The notes beneath the pieces were generated by a model that saw only the letters and a program-made list of their open reading frames with translations, was not told where the DNA came from and ran no database searches. A stretch of 64,000 bases of DNA from NCBI RefSeq assembly GCF_018350175.1, contig NC_058382.1, positions 57,104,001 through 57,168,000 on the forward strand, read 5' to 3'. Of this stretch, positions 1 through 28,505 are shown one piece after another; position 1 is the first letter of the stretch; every line of letters begins with the position of its first letter. The position numbers and the translations under genes are program-made. Source of the stretch: Felis catus (lineage: Eukaryota).

Positions 1-546
1 ACATGGAATTATCTGGAATTACACGGCGATCGGCAGAGAGCTCTCCTCCTGGAGGCTCAGGCTGTGTTCTGAGTGGGGGGCAGGTCAGGCCAGGGTTAGA
101 GAGGAAGGAACCCAACCCCCCAGGCCAGCCGCCTTCTCACTGGGGGAGTCCCTTCCCTCCTCTCCCAGGCCTGGGAGGGGCCTGGCAGCACACAGGTCAT
201 GGTCACACAGGAAGGGACGGGTGCCTGGCCTTCTCCGCCCCGTTGCTGGGTCAATTTCAAGTCACAGAGTTTTAAGGATTAAATGAAACAATTACAGAGA
301 AGGCAGGAGGAGGAAGATGTTTTTATTTTGAAAGGTGGGGTTTTTAAATGGCAGTAAGGCCTTTTCAAGTGTTGTTTCGTTGTGATTTGTCCAGTGAGTA
401 TTTCCTGGCCACCTTCCGGGACCGGGCCTGGCATCAGGTGGCAGGGATCCTCACTGAACACACCGGAGGGCCAGTGCTGGGGGCCCCTCCCACCTCTGCC
501 AGGCTCTTGGGGGGCAGCCCTCCAGTTGGAGCCTCTCTCTCCCCAG

Positions 547-624
547 CATCGCGGCAGTGAGGCTGGCCGATGGCCTCACCTTCGTGGTCTATGAGTTCTG
601 GGAGACGGAGGAAGAGTGGAGGAG
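547..624 (+). CDS. NECAB2: NECAB2 third-to-last coding exon (78 nt)
   Basis: ctctccccag|CATCGCG...TGGAGGAG|gtgagt; encodes [25 protein letters not shown]. Confidence 0.92.
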
Positions 625-1518
625 GTGAGTGGTCTGCCCCAGCCTCCTTGTGGGGGAGGGAGGGCAGGGCACCAAGGGTCCCTGGCTCCTCGGGCCTCCA
701 GCTGCAGAGTGCTGGCCTCACAGGGGCCCTGAACGCCTCTATCTCCAGCTGGAGGGACCCCCTTCCCCCCAGCTGGGCTCTGAACCCGGGTTCCTGGCCC
801 ACCCTGGTGGCCGAGGCTGCTCGCGTTTGCTACCTGCTGCCTCCATGGCTAAAACTCCAGAAAGGACCTGGCTGTCCTCCCCACCAACCAACCACTGGCT
901 GTTCCAAGGTCAGAGCTATCAGCCTCCCCTCCCCCCAGGGCTGAAAGCACCGAGCCGGGCTGCCTGGGCAGGGGCAGCACCCCCCCTCCGTCTCTGGCAG
1001 GGCCCCCTCGCGAGCTCCCGGGCTGGAGGCTCAACCCCCCATCCCCCGACTCACAGGCACCTGCAGAGCCCCGTGTGCAAGGCCTTCCGGCACGTCAAGG
1101 TGGACACACTGAGTCAGCCTGAGGCCTTCTCCCGGATCTTGGTGCCAGGTACAGGGAAGCTGGGTGTGCAGGGGGTCCTAGAGAGGAGGGAGACCCAGGG
1201 CCGGAGTGTTAGGCCAGCCCTTGAACACGAAGGGCAGGGCTACCACCTCTAGGAGTGGGAGAGTCGGCTGCAAGGAGAGGGCAGAGTGTCAGGGTGGCTC
1301 TAGGTGCCCCCCCCCGTACCCCTAACTCCCTCCCCCCAGACATTACTCCCCCCCCCTTGGAATTGGCTCCTAGGGCCCCCAGCGAGCACCTCCCCACAAG
1401 CTGGACATGTGCTTCCCACCCTGGCCGTGGTCCCCTTGGGGAAGGAGGCCACCTGCTCTGCCTCAGTGTCTTCCCCCTGCCCTTCCCAGCTGCTTGGTGC
1501 ACCTTGGGCCGTGACTGA
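547..1518 (+). CDS. NECAB2: NECAB2 (N-terminal EF-hand calcium-binding protein 2), 3' part: join(547..624,1057..1148,1490..1518); 5' exons lie outside the window
   Basis: Spliced translation [65 protein letters not shown] matches the recalled NECAB2 C-terminal ABM-like domain. AG/GT sites are in phase. Synteny with SLC38A8 and MBTPS1. Confidence 0.93.
1057..1148 (+). CDS. NECAB2: NECAB2 penultimate coding exon (92 nt)
   Basis: tcacag|GCACCTG...GTGCCAG|gtacag; encodes [30 protein letters not shown]. Confidence 0.92.
1490..1518 (+). CDS. NECAB2: NECAB2 last coding exon (coding part)
   Basis: cccttcccag|[37 protein letters not shown] then stop. Confidence 0.9.
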
Positions 1519-1925
1519 CCACCTCCCGGAGGCCTTCGGATGAACCTGCCCCCCGTTTTCTAGAAACTTTGGTACACACACCGTCTTTTCACTGTACTTC
1601 CAGACAAGAATGTAGTTCCCTGCTGTGTGAAGTGAAGGAGAACCCCCTGCCGTGCCCCCAGACCCCCCCCCCCCACTCCCCCACCCCCATCGGCAGAGCA
1701 GCCGCAGAGCTGCCGGACCCCTGCTGGAGCCAGAGGGCAGCGGGGAGAGGGAGGCCTCCTGGAACCCCCACCCCAGTGGCCGCGCATGACCCTCCCCTCC
1801 GCTGGCCACTGCCTTAGCGTCCTGGTAGGAGCCGAGACCTTGTAGTGCCCAACCTAGGCCTGTGCCCGGGCCGCACAGGACAGTAGAGCCCACGTAGCCC
1901 GTGCCGTGCTCGGCCGTCAGGCCCC

Positions 1926-1931
1926 AATAAA
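1926..1931 (+). terminator. NECAB2: NECAB2 polyadenylation signal AATAAA
   Basis: First AATAAA about 410 nt after the stop, followed by GU/U-rich gtgctgtgttttcctt. Confidence 0.8.
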
Positions 1932-2108
1932 CTCTGGTCGGGAACGGCCGCGTGCTGTGTTTTCCTTCCGCGGGTTCTAGTGACGGCAGCTAGAGGCGTG
2001 AAGCTGTCACGGGGTCTGGGGCCCCTTTTTAGCCGTGAAATCTTGACCACCCTGTCACACCCTGTCTCCTTATCTGTAAGACGGTACGCGTTTTGACAAG
2101 TTGGTGCC

Positions 2109-2541
2109 TGTTACAAAGTTCCCGGAGGCCCCAAGGATCACCCTCTGGCTCGGTAATGCATGAGGACTCCCAGAACCCAGCAACAAAAGGGTACAGACTA
2201 AAATCAGCCAAGGAAAGACGTGCCGGGGTCCACGAGGGACCAGGCACAGAGCTTACAGCTGTCCCCTCCTGTCCCAGCACAGACGTGCGACAACGTGCAT
2301 AGAGTCTTACCAGGCAAGGAGCCGACCCGAACCTGAGGGATCAGTTTCCACTGGAGGCCAGTCCTCCGGCCCCTCCGGAGGTCAAGCCGCTACCTCTGGG
2401 CTGAGGCCCCCGCTCAACAAAGACGTTTGGGGTCAGGACATTCCAAGGTCCTAGAGGTCACGTCCCAGGAGCCAAGGGCAAAGGCCAGATGGCTCCGGGC
2501 ACAGTCTTGGCACACCCGTCAACGAGCTATTCAACCACACA
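2109..2541 (-). mobile_element. MER21-like solo LTR remnant
   Basis: Minus strand reads tgtgtggttgaat...tctggcctttgcccttggctcctgggacgtgacctctaggaccttggaatgtcctg, matching the recalled MER21 5' end; TG...CA termini. Confidence 0.65.
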
Positions 2542-3160
2542 GGAGACCGAGACCCTCGACTTACCCCTCAAGTCAAGTCCTGTTCTACTATCTCTAACTT
2601 CCCCTCCTCTGTCCCCTGTCTTGGTTAGCAGCAAAGGTGTCCTACACAAAAGGCACAAAGGACGAGGAAAGCGAGAACCACAGATCCCCCTCCCAAGGCA
2701 GGAGGGAGGGCAGAGACGGAGGACGGAAACCAGGGCAGGTGGGAACCCCGGGGCCAAGGATGTGCCTGGAACAGGCAGCCTGTGACAGGGGGAGGGATCA
2801 AAGCGGTCACTGCTGGGAAGGTCCTCTGCCCAGGCCATCCCGCCGGCTCGGGCTCCCGCCTGCCGCCTCCTGGCCGGGCTCAACGCTGGCCCTTTGTACA
2901 GAACCAACACGGCACGGGCACGTAGGAAGCAGAAGCATCAGACTTGAGTCCTAGCGGCGCAGGTCCGAGCTGCAGGTGCTCGCAGCCGGCCTCCCAGAGC
3001 CCCTCGTTTCTCATCTGGAAAGTGGGGGGGAAGACCCTTCTTTGAAGACTGCCCGGCCCCCAAGAATGGTGCATCACTGGGTCCCGCCGGCAGCTTCGGG
3101 AAGCGCCCCCGAAGCGGGGGCTGCTCTGAGGAGCTCAGCTGTTTTAAAAATATTCTCAGA

Positions 3161-3350
3161 GGGGCGCCTGGGGGGGGCTCAGGCGGTTAAGCGTCCGACT
3201 TCGGCTCAGGTCATGATCTCACAGTTTGGGGGATCGAGCCCCACGTCGGGCTCTGTGCCGTCCGCTCGGAGCCTGGAGCCTGCTTCCGCTTCTGTGGCTC
3301 CCTCTCTCTGCCCCTCCCCCACTCGTGCTCACCCTGTCGAAAACATTTAA
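3161..3350 (+). mobile_element. Can-SINE (SINEC_Fc-like)
   Basis: tRNA-derived head ggggcgcctg...ggttaagcgtccgacttcggctcaggtcatgatctc, CT-rich body, A tail; TSD aaaaatattctc(a/c)ga on both sides. Confidence 0.92.
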
Positions 3351-3829
3351 AAAAATATTCTCCGAGGGCTGAGGCTCTCTGGGGTGCAGCCGAGGATCCC
3401 CGGGAGCTGGGCGGGTTACACTGTGCTACCCATGACGCCCGCTGGCCCTAGCTCTTGGCTCATGTCTGCTGACGGCAGCCCACGAGCTCTCGGTGCCTCC
3501 CTGGATGCTGAGGGGGTGGGAGCAGGCTCTGAGGAGAACAGATTTCCACCCTAAAAGGCATCAGAGCTCCCACAACTTACACGTCACCTCCAGGCACGCA
3601 GGCTGCCTGTGTCACCCTGGGAGCCGCAGGTTCCCGGGGGGGACACAGAGAGGCCAAGTAACTCACCAGAGGTCACACAGCAAGCAAATGCCGCCACCTG
3701 GATCCAGACCCAGCGCTGCCGGCCCCCATCCCGTGCCCGAACTCTGGTGCCACACGGCCCAGACAGCTGGGGAGGAACGGCTCCGGGTCGGCACCGGAAG
3801 ACCTCAGGTTCCTCGCGTAACGACCGTTA

Positions 3830-4360
3830 CCGTAGGGCCCGGCCGTTCCGTTCCCAGGCCCACGCTGTGCCCCAAAACACAGCAGAGATGCACTTAAGCA
3901 AATACTTGTGCCCGAATGTTCACAGCGGCTTATTCACAGCGGCCCAGAAGGCGGAAACGACACCCTTTGATAACGGATCAAACAGAACGAGGTCCGGCCG
4001 CACAACGGAGTATTATCCAGGCACAAAAAAAGACGGAAACACCGACCCGTGCCAAACACGACTGGCCCTTGCAAACGGGACGCCGCGTGAAGGAAGCAAG
4101 TCACAAAGGTGACACAGCGCGAGATCCCGCTCACATGACAAGATGCCTGCGACGGTTAAGTCAATAGAGATGGAAAGCAGACGAGCGGCTCTCAGGGGCT
4201 GGGGGAGAGGGAGGAGGGAGCGACTGCTGAGGGGGGTGGGCTTTCGTTTTGGGGAGACGAGGGTCATTTGGAACGAACGGTGGTTACACAACACCGATCG
4301 ACCCTGAATCGCACCCGTGAAGATGGTTAATTCTGTGTTATCTAAATTTCACCTCAATTA
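3830..4360 (+). mobile_element. Ancient L1 (L1MB-like) 3' end remnant
   Basis: aatgttcacagcggcttattcac...atagagatggaaagcaga...atggttaattctgtgttatctaaatttcacctcaatt, typical L1M 3' end. Confidence 0.75.
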
Positions 4361-6179
4361 ACCGCCCCCCCCAAAAAAAACCCCAATCAACTCACCTGCC
4401 CAAATGGAGACCTTCACCACCTGCGTTCGATGGCCGACGACATTCTTGCTGTGCCCAGTTCAAATCCCGAACCTCCCGCCGGAGGCGTGCGGGGGCGGTC
4501 CTGTGGGGAAGGGGGGCAGGTCCTCAGGGGACCGGCAGCACCCGGGGCCGGTGTCCCTGCCCGACTGCCTGGGGGCACCCGACCCAGCGGCAAGGTGCTC
4601 CCCCCGCGCCCCTCAGGGCAGAGAGCCAATCACTGTACCCCCGAAACAGCACTCGGTCTCGGCCGCAGCTAGTATTGGACAAGAGGGTCTCCACGCTCAG
4701 GCGTAGGTGTCACCGCGGCCCGGGACAGGTGACAGGCCAGGCTCGGTGCCGCCAGCTCTTCAAGTCCATTGCCACTCACCCTCACGGCCATCCCGGGGCC
4801 GGGGGGGGGGGGGGGCTGTCCTTGGCTTTGTTTGGAGGAGAGCCAGAGGATGGAAACTGAGGCCCAGGAGGTGGAAGGAAGGAGTGGGTGCTGACCCACC
4901 GGAGGGAGGACGCCGAGGCTGAACAAGGCACCAAGGCGGTTTTCCTGGGTTAGCAACCTGAGCACAAGGGCCGGCCAAGGTCGCACAGCTGGTAGATGGC
5001 AGGCTGCAGACCCGGAGCGCATGCCCAAAGCCCTCCGTGACACCACGGTCCCCTGGGTCCGGGACACCCCTTCAGCCCTTCCTTCCTGCTGCGGTCAGAA
5101 ACCTGAGGGAGTCCCTTAGTGTCAGAGGACAGCCCCAGGCCAGCTCGTACCTCCATCGGGGGGGACATCAGAGGGTGATGGCCCAGCGGGCATTTCTCTG
5201 ACGGCGTCGTGTCCTTGCATGATGATGGTTGAGGTGACAGTCCTATGAGGATCACATCTGTACCAGACACAGGTTGAGATGAAAATTATCGTCCCCAGTG
5301 GTGGTTTGCATCACCCCTTGAAGAGCCCCAGTCTCTTCTCTCTTGGCACTGTCAGTCCACTTCCTCCCTGTTACCCTTTCCTGCTTTTGGATGAGCCCGA
5401 GGACCCTATTTCCCTTTTCCCTTGGCTGCTAGGAAGCTCACTATTCGCCTAGTCTCAACCTAGGTTTTCTGGAAATAAAACCACCGTTGCTCAGGTCTCC
5501 CCACATGGCTGCCGTAGATACGTTATCGCCTTCTCTTTTCACAGAGAGCCCACTTGGCATCATGCTAGATGCCCACATGCGGTTCATAAACTCCCCCAAT
5601 TTTGACATCGCAAATGGCAGAACCAGCGCTCAAAGCCAGTAGTCTGAGTCCAAAGCCAGTTCACGCGATGCCCCCGTTTTATGGTCCTACCCTCACCCGA
5701 CCACGCTTGGTTCTTCTCAAAGACTCCGTGAATGGCCCCGCCACGGCCCCAGCCTTCCCGGCCACCGCCGCAGCACTTTGGGGAAGCATCTAGGGGACCA
5801 CTGATTGATGACTCCATTCTCACCACTGGCTGTGGGGCACTTCTGCCGCAGCACCTTGTCCTGGTTCCGTGGCCACCGGACCCACGGTGTGTGGCAGGGT
5901 GTGTAGCTCATCGGAAGGCCAGTGTAGGAGACGCTGGTGCCCCAATTACTGGGTCAGAGTCTACACATGCAACCAGGGCGGAGGAGGCAGCAGGTGCATC
6001 CTCGTCCTGGGGCTGGGTGGATGGGGTCACACCCCCTTGGCCACTCGGGAGTGTGCGCTAGAAAGAAAGTGGACAGTGGAACGTGACCCCCCCCCCCCCC
6101 AGTTGGTCCCGACCCCAGCTCTGTAGCTCACAGGACAAGCAGCCTGGACTTTTCCAAGTCTCAGCTGCCTCCCCCTGTA

Positions 6180-6465
6180 AAATGGATGAATTTGAAAACA
6201 TTACGTGACCTCAAAGAAGCTGGACACGGAGGCCGCGTATCGAACGAGTCCGTTGGTACAGAACGTCCAGAAGGAAGAGATCTGCAGAGACAGCAGATTC
6301 GCGGTTCCCGGGGCTGGGGAGTGACTGCTAATGAGTGCAGGTTTCCCTGGGGTGACAAAAACGTCCAGCTGGTGACGGCTGGACAACGTTGTGCCTCGGC
6401 TAACACCCACTGAATCGTACACTTTCCAAGGGTGAACTTGACAGTAGGTGAGTTAGAGCTGAAAG
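6180..6465 (+). mobile_element. Ancient L1 (L1MB-like) 3' end fragment
   Basis: atggatgaatttgaaaacatta...gagtgactgctaatgagtgcaggtttccctggggtgacaaaaacgt...cactgaatcgtacacttt. Confidence 0.72.
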
Positions 6466-6990
6466 CAAATCATGCAGGTGGACAGGCTGGAAAAAAAAAC
6501 ACAAAAAGGGTCCTGGCACCACTGGCCAGGGACACATCACACGACACAGCAGAGCCCGGCCCACTGCCTACCCTGAGGGAGAGGTCCTCAAACGTCGGCC
6601 CCTCCTGGATCTGGCCACAGCCAACCGCCGGCTTCCGGGAGACGTCCCAAGGCAGAGGGAGAGTGGCCCGAACGCAGAGACCTCCAGGACACCCCAGGTC
6701 CCGTAGAGAGTCAGTGCTGGCAAGCACAGCGACCCAGGAGCAGCTGGGCCGCAAGCGGCCTCTCCCCCCACCCCCGTTCCCCCGACCCTGACCCTGGGGC
6801 AGACCTCTGGGCCCCTCGCCCTCAGCCGCAGGCGTGACACCCGGAATTGGGGTGGGGGGGAGGGAACTGCACACAGCTCACTGGGTTTCCAGGCTCTTTG
6901 GGTCCAGCCAGAGAGAAAGGGACAATCCCTGGGACCCTCCCATCAGAGTGCGGGCCAAAGCAGGGCTCCCTGGGCCTCAGCCCCTACTTC

Positions 6991-7590
6991 TGTTATGAAC
7001 TATGCCCCTTAGAAATATTAGGTTGAAGTCCCCACTCCTAGAACCTGTGACTGTGACCTTGTTTGGAAACAGGATCTTTGCAGACCCTAAGGAAGTAAAT
7101 TCAGATGAGGTCATCCTGGACGAAGGTGGCTCTAATCCAATGACTGGGGTCTCATACGAGGAGGGAAATTTCGGGGCTCCTGGGTGGCTCTGTCGGTTAA
7201 GCGTCCGACTTCGGCTCAGGTCACGATCTCGCGGTTCGCGAGTTCGAGCCCCGCGTCCAGCTCTCCTCTGTTAGCGAAGGGATCCTCTAGCCGCCTCCCC
7301 TCTGCCCCTCCCCCACTGGATCTCACGGTCTCTAACTCAAAAAAAAAAAAAAAAGAGACTTGGAAGGACACACAGGGCAGATGACCACGCGGGAAGGGAA
7401 GGCCAAGAACCGCCACGGATGGCCAGCCACACCGCAGGCTGGAAGGGGCAGGGGGATCCTCCCCGATAGGCAGCGTGGCCCTGCCCACACCTGCATCTCG
7501 GGCTCCCACCCCCAGACGGTGAGGGGACCCTTCTGCCCTTCGAAGCCCCCAGGTTGTGGTCTTTGTCAAGGCGGCCCGAGGACTCGAATC
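6991..7590 (+). mobile_element. MaLR (MLT1-like) solo LTR interrupted by a Can-SINE
   Basis: tgttatgaact...gtgaccttgtttggaaacaggatctttgcaga...gaggtcat...ctaatccaatgactgg, resuming after the SINE with gcgtggccctgcccacacct. Confidence 0.72.
7173..7354 (+). mobile_element. Can-SINE nested in MLT1 LTR
   Basis: ggggctcctgggtggctctgtcggttaagcgtccgacttcggctcaggtcacgatctc...A16 tail. Confidence 0.9.
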
Positions 7591-7684
7591 TGCCCTCCTC
7601 GGCACTGCGCCCGAAACCCTCTGAACCAGCAGGAGCCCAAATGAGCAGCCTCAGGAGGCAGAAGGTATCCATTTCTTCAGCATC

Positions 7685-7690
7685 TTTATG
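7685..7690 (-). terminator. SLC38A8: Candidate variant poly(A) signal CATAAA for SLC38A8
   Basis: Closest PAS-like hexamer, about 80 nt after the stop; no AATAAA/ATTAAA seen by eye on the minus strand down to NECAB2. Confidence 0.4.
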
Positions 7691-7769
7691 AGGCAAGGAC
7701 ATGGGTCGCACAGCCGGACGCAGGCAGCTGCACCAGGGCAGCCATGGGGCCGGGCCGACCCCCTCCCGC

Positions 7770-24237
<16,468 letters not shown>

Positions 24238-24954
24238 GGCTAGAAGCAGCAGGGAGGCGGGGGTGGCGGTGGGGGTGTGAAGAGGCGCAGTCCTCACACT
24301 GCCCTCCTGGCTGTGACTGGTCTCGCTCCCCAAATCAGAGTCACCCATCTGTCCCAACGGCCCCACGCCACGGGCTGCCACGGGCTGCCTCGTGCTGCCC
24401 TTTTAAGTGACCCGCTCCCAGGCCCCGGTTTATCCTCACCGGGGGACCTCCTACCCTCCTCTCCCGAGCCTCCACCCCAGCCCCTCACCCTTACCCCCAA
24501 ATCCAGACTTCAAGATCAGATAGTTGTCAGCCATCAGGGACAGGGCTCAGGCTTGCTCCAGCTGGTTCAGCGGCATTTCTTGGGCCCCACTGGTGGAAGA
24601 AGGAAGGTTCTAGCTGTGCCCGAGGTGGGGAGATGATTCGGGAATTAAGGGAGCTCTAGAGAGCACGTGTTGGGGTCATGTCTCAACACCAAGGGGAACA
24701 AGGACAAGAGGTCAGAGCCATCGGTCCCAAGAGCTTGCAGCGTCTGTGACTGCCAGCCTGAGGAGGGGGTCTTAAGACGCCCTCCCCTCCCCCACCCGGG
24801 TGAAGGCCCCTCCCAGGAGGCGGGGCTTTCCTGGCTGCTGAGGGTCTGATGGAGGGCAGCTGGGAGAGCAGGAGGGGCAGGCCTGCACCTGATCTCAGTC
24901 AATGACCTGGGCCCAGGATCCCTCTCTGAGGCCCCCCAGTCTGAGGAAGGGGGG

Positions 24955-25115
24955 CTTGGTTAAGAGCTCAGAGCTCAGCTAGACCATGTGATCTCTCCAA
25001 GCCTAGTTTCCATCCACAAAGGGGTCCGCGTGCCCACCTTGCAGCTCGCCGTGGGCCGTGGGGCCCGCTGTGGACTCAAGTGCGTGCAAAGGCCCAGGCA
25101 GTCAGCAGGTGCTCG
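24955..25115 (+). mobile_element. MIR SINE remnant
   Basis: ggttaagagc...catgtgatctct...agcctagtttccatcc...gcgtgcaaaggccc...caggtgctc. Confidence 0.5.
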
Positions 25116-25129
25116 GCCCCTGAAACGAA

Positions 25130-25560
25130 TGAGCACATGAATCGCCTGGGGTCTTGTCAGAAGGCAGATTCGAATTCACCGTCCCCTCGGTGGAGCCCAG
25201 ACTCCACATCACTCCCGAGGTCCGGGGAGGCGGGCGTTGCTGGTCTGGGACCGGACGTCGAGTAGACACCGCTTCTCCAACCTGCTGTGCTGTCCGCTGA
25301 GATGGCAGAATACAGGAAATTGTCCCCTTCGGGAAAACGCAGGTCCACGAAGGTCACATCCGGAATTCTAACGTGAACCTGCTTCACTCCTGGCACCCGG
25401 GCTCGAGTCCCCTTGGGGGCGTGTGACAACCCAGATTGAGGGCTGTGCGACAGACAACCCAGCGGTTTCTGACCCCGTGGGTCTGAGAATCTGCATTCCT
25501 ACCCGGCTCCCCGGTGACGCGGATACAGCGGGTGCAGGGACCCCCTCTTAAGGACTGCGG
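25130..25560. mobile_element. Two MER5-like hAT remnants
   Basis: gaatcgcctggggtcttgtcagaaggcagattc...gctggtctgggacc and gggtctgagaatctgcattcct...ccggtgacgcggatacagcgggtgcagggacc. Confidence 0.6.
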
Positions 25561-26124
25561 CTTTCAGTTAACCATCTCCGGAGCCAGAGCCTCACCCGAT
25601 CAGTCCTTATCTGGCGGACACCAGATCAGCGCCCAGGGCTTTTTCTCCATGTGGTTTCCAACGGTCTCCATCCCCTGACCGTGTCACCAGCAGACTGTTG
25701 GTCTTTGCAGGCTCCGCGTAGAGGCGTTGAGTGAGCGTTTGACCTGCTGAGTGGCAGGCGTGGATGCGAAAAGGGAGCCGGGATTGTGGCCCAGGAGCGC
25801 ACAGCTGGACCGGCGCTCACCGAGTGAGCGATGCTGGGAACCGGGCCCTGTAGCCGGCGCTGGGCGTCTCGCTGGGTCCCCCACAGCGAATCCCGAGGGG
25901 GTGACACCATAGTGCTCGACACAGAGCGGGCAGTGAGCTCAGGCAGGTGGAGCAGGGGGCTCAGAACGGGCCCGCTGGCAAGTGACCGGCCCGGGGTCCA
26001 ACCCTGGCTGCGTCATCCCAAAACCTGCTTCACCCCGCACCCTGCCCGGCTGCCAGCGCCCAGGACGGGAGGCACTGAATCAGAGAGTGAGAGTAGGGTT
26101 CCAGAAGAGAGAAAAAGGTGTGAC

Positions 26125-26515
26125 TTCCCCCACACAAGGAGCCTCCTGAAGCTGCCATAACAAACTCACCAGCTGGGGGTCTCAAAACAATGGGAATTTA
26201 TTCGCTCCCAGCAGGGCCGCCCTCCCTCCAAAGGCTCCAGGGCGTGATCCCTCCTGCCTCGTCCAGCTCCTAAGGGCTCCAGGCGGTGCTGGGCTGGTGG
26301 CCACGTCCCTCCGGGTGCCATCTTCCCACACCCGCCCCGTGTCTGGGTCCTCTCCTATTCGTGGGAGGACACCTGTCCTGGGAATTGAGCCCACTCACAC
26401 ATTCCAGAATGATCTCATCTCAAGATCCTTTCCTCACTGCACCTGCAAAGCAGAAGACCCATTTTCCAGATAAGGTCACATCCTCAGGCTCTAGGGCACA
26501 CTACTCAGCACGACA
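26125..26515 (-). mobile_element. MaLR (MLT1-like) solo LTR
   Basis: gctgccataacaaa...ccagaatgatctcatctcaagatcctt...ctgcaaag...ttccagataaggtcacat. Confidence 0.78.
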
Positions 26516-26699
26516 GGGGCCACCCTTCGGCACACTGCGCCCCATGGGGCTGGGGCCTGAGTGCGTTCTCATTCGACACACTCAGACTCACAGCGAGTCA
26601 GAGGCGAAAGACAAGGGCTCCGTTCTGGAGGAAAGGCCGACGTATGAAGAGACCAGGACTAGACAAATAGGGTCCAAAGAGTAGGAGAGGTGACCACGA

Positions 26700-26912
26700 G
26701 GGGCGCCTAGGTGGCTCAGTCGGTTAAGCGTCCGACTTCAGCTCAGGTCGTGATCTCGCGGTCCATGAGTTCGAGCCCCACGTCAGGCTCTGGGCTGATG
26801 GCTCAAAGCCTGGAGCCTGCTTCTGATTCTGTGTCTCCTTCTCTCTGCCCCTCCCCCATTCATGCTCTCTCTCTGTCCCAAAAATAAACGTTAAAAAAAA
26901 AAAAAAAAAAAA
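26700..26912 (+). mobile_element. Can-SINE
   Basis: Full length; TSD aggag(a/g)ggtgaccacga. Confidence 0.93.
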
Positions 26913-28329
26913 AGGAGGGGTGACCACGAGACCCCAGCTGCAGGAGGGCTCCCTGGAGGAAGGGGAAGGGCAGGGGAAGGGAGGCATCGGAGGAGCAGGG
27001 AGTCCCTGCGTGAAGGCTCAGCCAGGGGCCCTGGGAAGGCCTCTGGGTTCTAGGGGGACCTGGGAGAGGCCATTCTTGCTGGACCAGGCGTTTCAGCCCC
27101 ACCTCTTCCCTATGGAGGTTTTCCAGGAGCGCAGGGAGGTCATCGGCCCGGCCCGGCCCGATGGGGAGGATGCCGGGCATGGGGGGGGGGGGGGCGCGGC
27201 GCGGCAGGTGGAGGGCGCAGACCGAGCCGGGTTGGGCCTCAAAATCCGCATAGCTCGCACCCTCCGCCCACATCCACCCCGAGGCGCAGGGAGAGATGAT
27301 TTAGCTCCCTCCCTCACCAGCGGCTGGCTTTGTACTCCCTAATCTGGGCTCTGCGAGCCTGGGGCACCTCCAGGTCCCTGCCTGGATACCTCATTAGCTG
27401 CCCATTAACGTGCATGACTTAGAAATTGGCCACCGGGCTGTGAAATTCCACTCGAGGACGAAAACCTCTTAGTTCTGAGGCGCTTTGATACTCGCTCTCT
27501 GCCGGCCTCCCAGGGCTGCCGTGACCTTTCTGGGCTGTGGAGAGGCGCCCTGGGGGCCCCATCTGTGTGGGCGGGCGGCTCTGGAGCACAAGGGAGCCAG
27601 TGAGGTGGCAAGCTGGCGCCTCCGTGGGCCAGGCAGGTGGCGGCTCGGCCCGGCGCCCACGCACGGGAGCGCCTGTCATCAAGGGTTGTTCTCCAGGGTC
27701 CAGCTCCTTTTCTCCACAGAGTCCGGGCCACATGACAGGTTCAGAACTTCAGGGAGAGAGTGACCTCGCTTGTTTCCCCAGACCCGTTAGAATGTTCTGG
27801 AAGACAGATGAGGGCAGGTCCCAGGAGCCAGAGTCCCTGGCTCCCTTTGTGCGCTGGTTCTGTGGTCTGGGCCTCGCTGGGACCACTGGTGACATGGGAT
27901 CACAGCAGATCCCACCCTACAGGGCTGTTCCGGGGATTCCTGAGAATTCTCTGTGCTCTCGGCACAGGAGTGAGAGACGTATGTGGAACGGGGCGTGTCA
28001 AACTCCACCATCAGTACCGATGTGTCTTTACCTCGGCCTGATTCTGGGCTTCTGGAACAGCGTTCTGAACCCCGGCTACACGAGAATACTGGAGGAACTC
28101 TTCACATGGCTCAGGGCTTCGGATGACATTGGTCTGGGCTGTGACGGGCATCTGGGCTTCCAGAAAGCTCCCCAAGAGCTGCTGAGGCGCGTGGAGGAGC
28201 TCGGCTCTGGGCAGGCAGGGTCCCTGTGTCACTGCGCTCCTGAGCCCGCAGCCCCTCCTTTCCCCCAGCGTCTGTGTGTCTGTCCCTGGCCGAGGGCAGC
28301 ACCCTGGGCGGGGTGAACCCACTACTGGA

Positions 28330-28505
28330 AAAGGCCAGGAAACGGACTCTCCCCGGGAGCCTCCGGAGCGAATCAGCGCTGCCCACGCCTGACTTTAGCC
28401 CGTGAGACTGATTCTGGCTTTCCCGCCTTCAGAACCGCAGGAGAAAATGCTTCGTTTTCAGCCACAACTTTGCAGAAACTTGTTACCGCGGCAGCAGGAA
28501 ACGGG
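28330..28505 (+). mobile_element. MaLR (MLT1D-like) LTR 3' fragment
   Basis: aaggccaggaaacggactctccc...gactttagcccgtgagac...ttgttaccgcggcagcaggaaac. Confidence 0.65.

Noticed and set aside
3161..3240. tRNA-like A/B box sequences, repeated about 20 times in the window
   Set aside because: Heads of tRNA-derived Can-SINEs followed by SINE body, tail and TSDs; not tRNA genes
5150..6060. Possible LTR-element gag/protease remnant (GTDVILIG on the minus strand)
   Set aside because: Only a short motif resemblance and no DTG/DSG catalytic motif found; cannot be supported without a Dfam search
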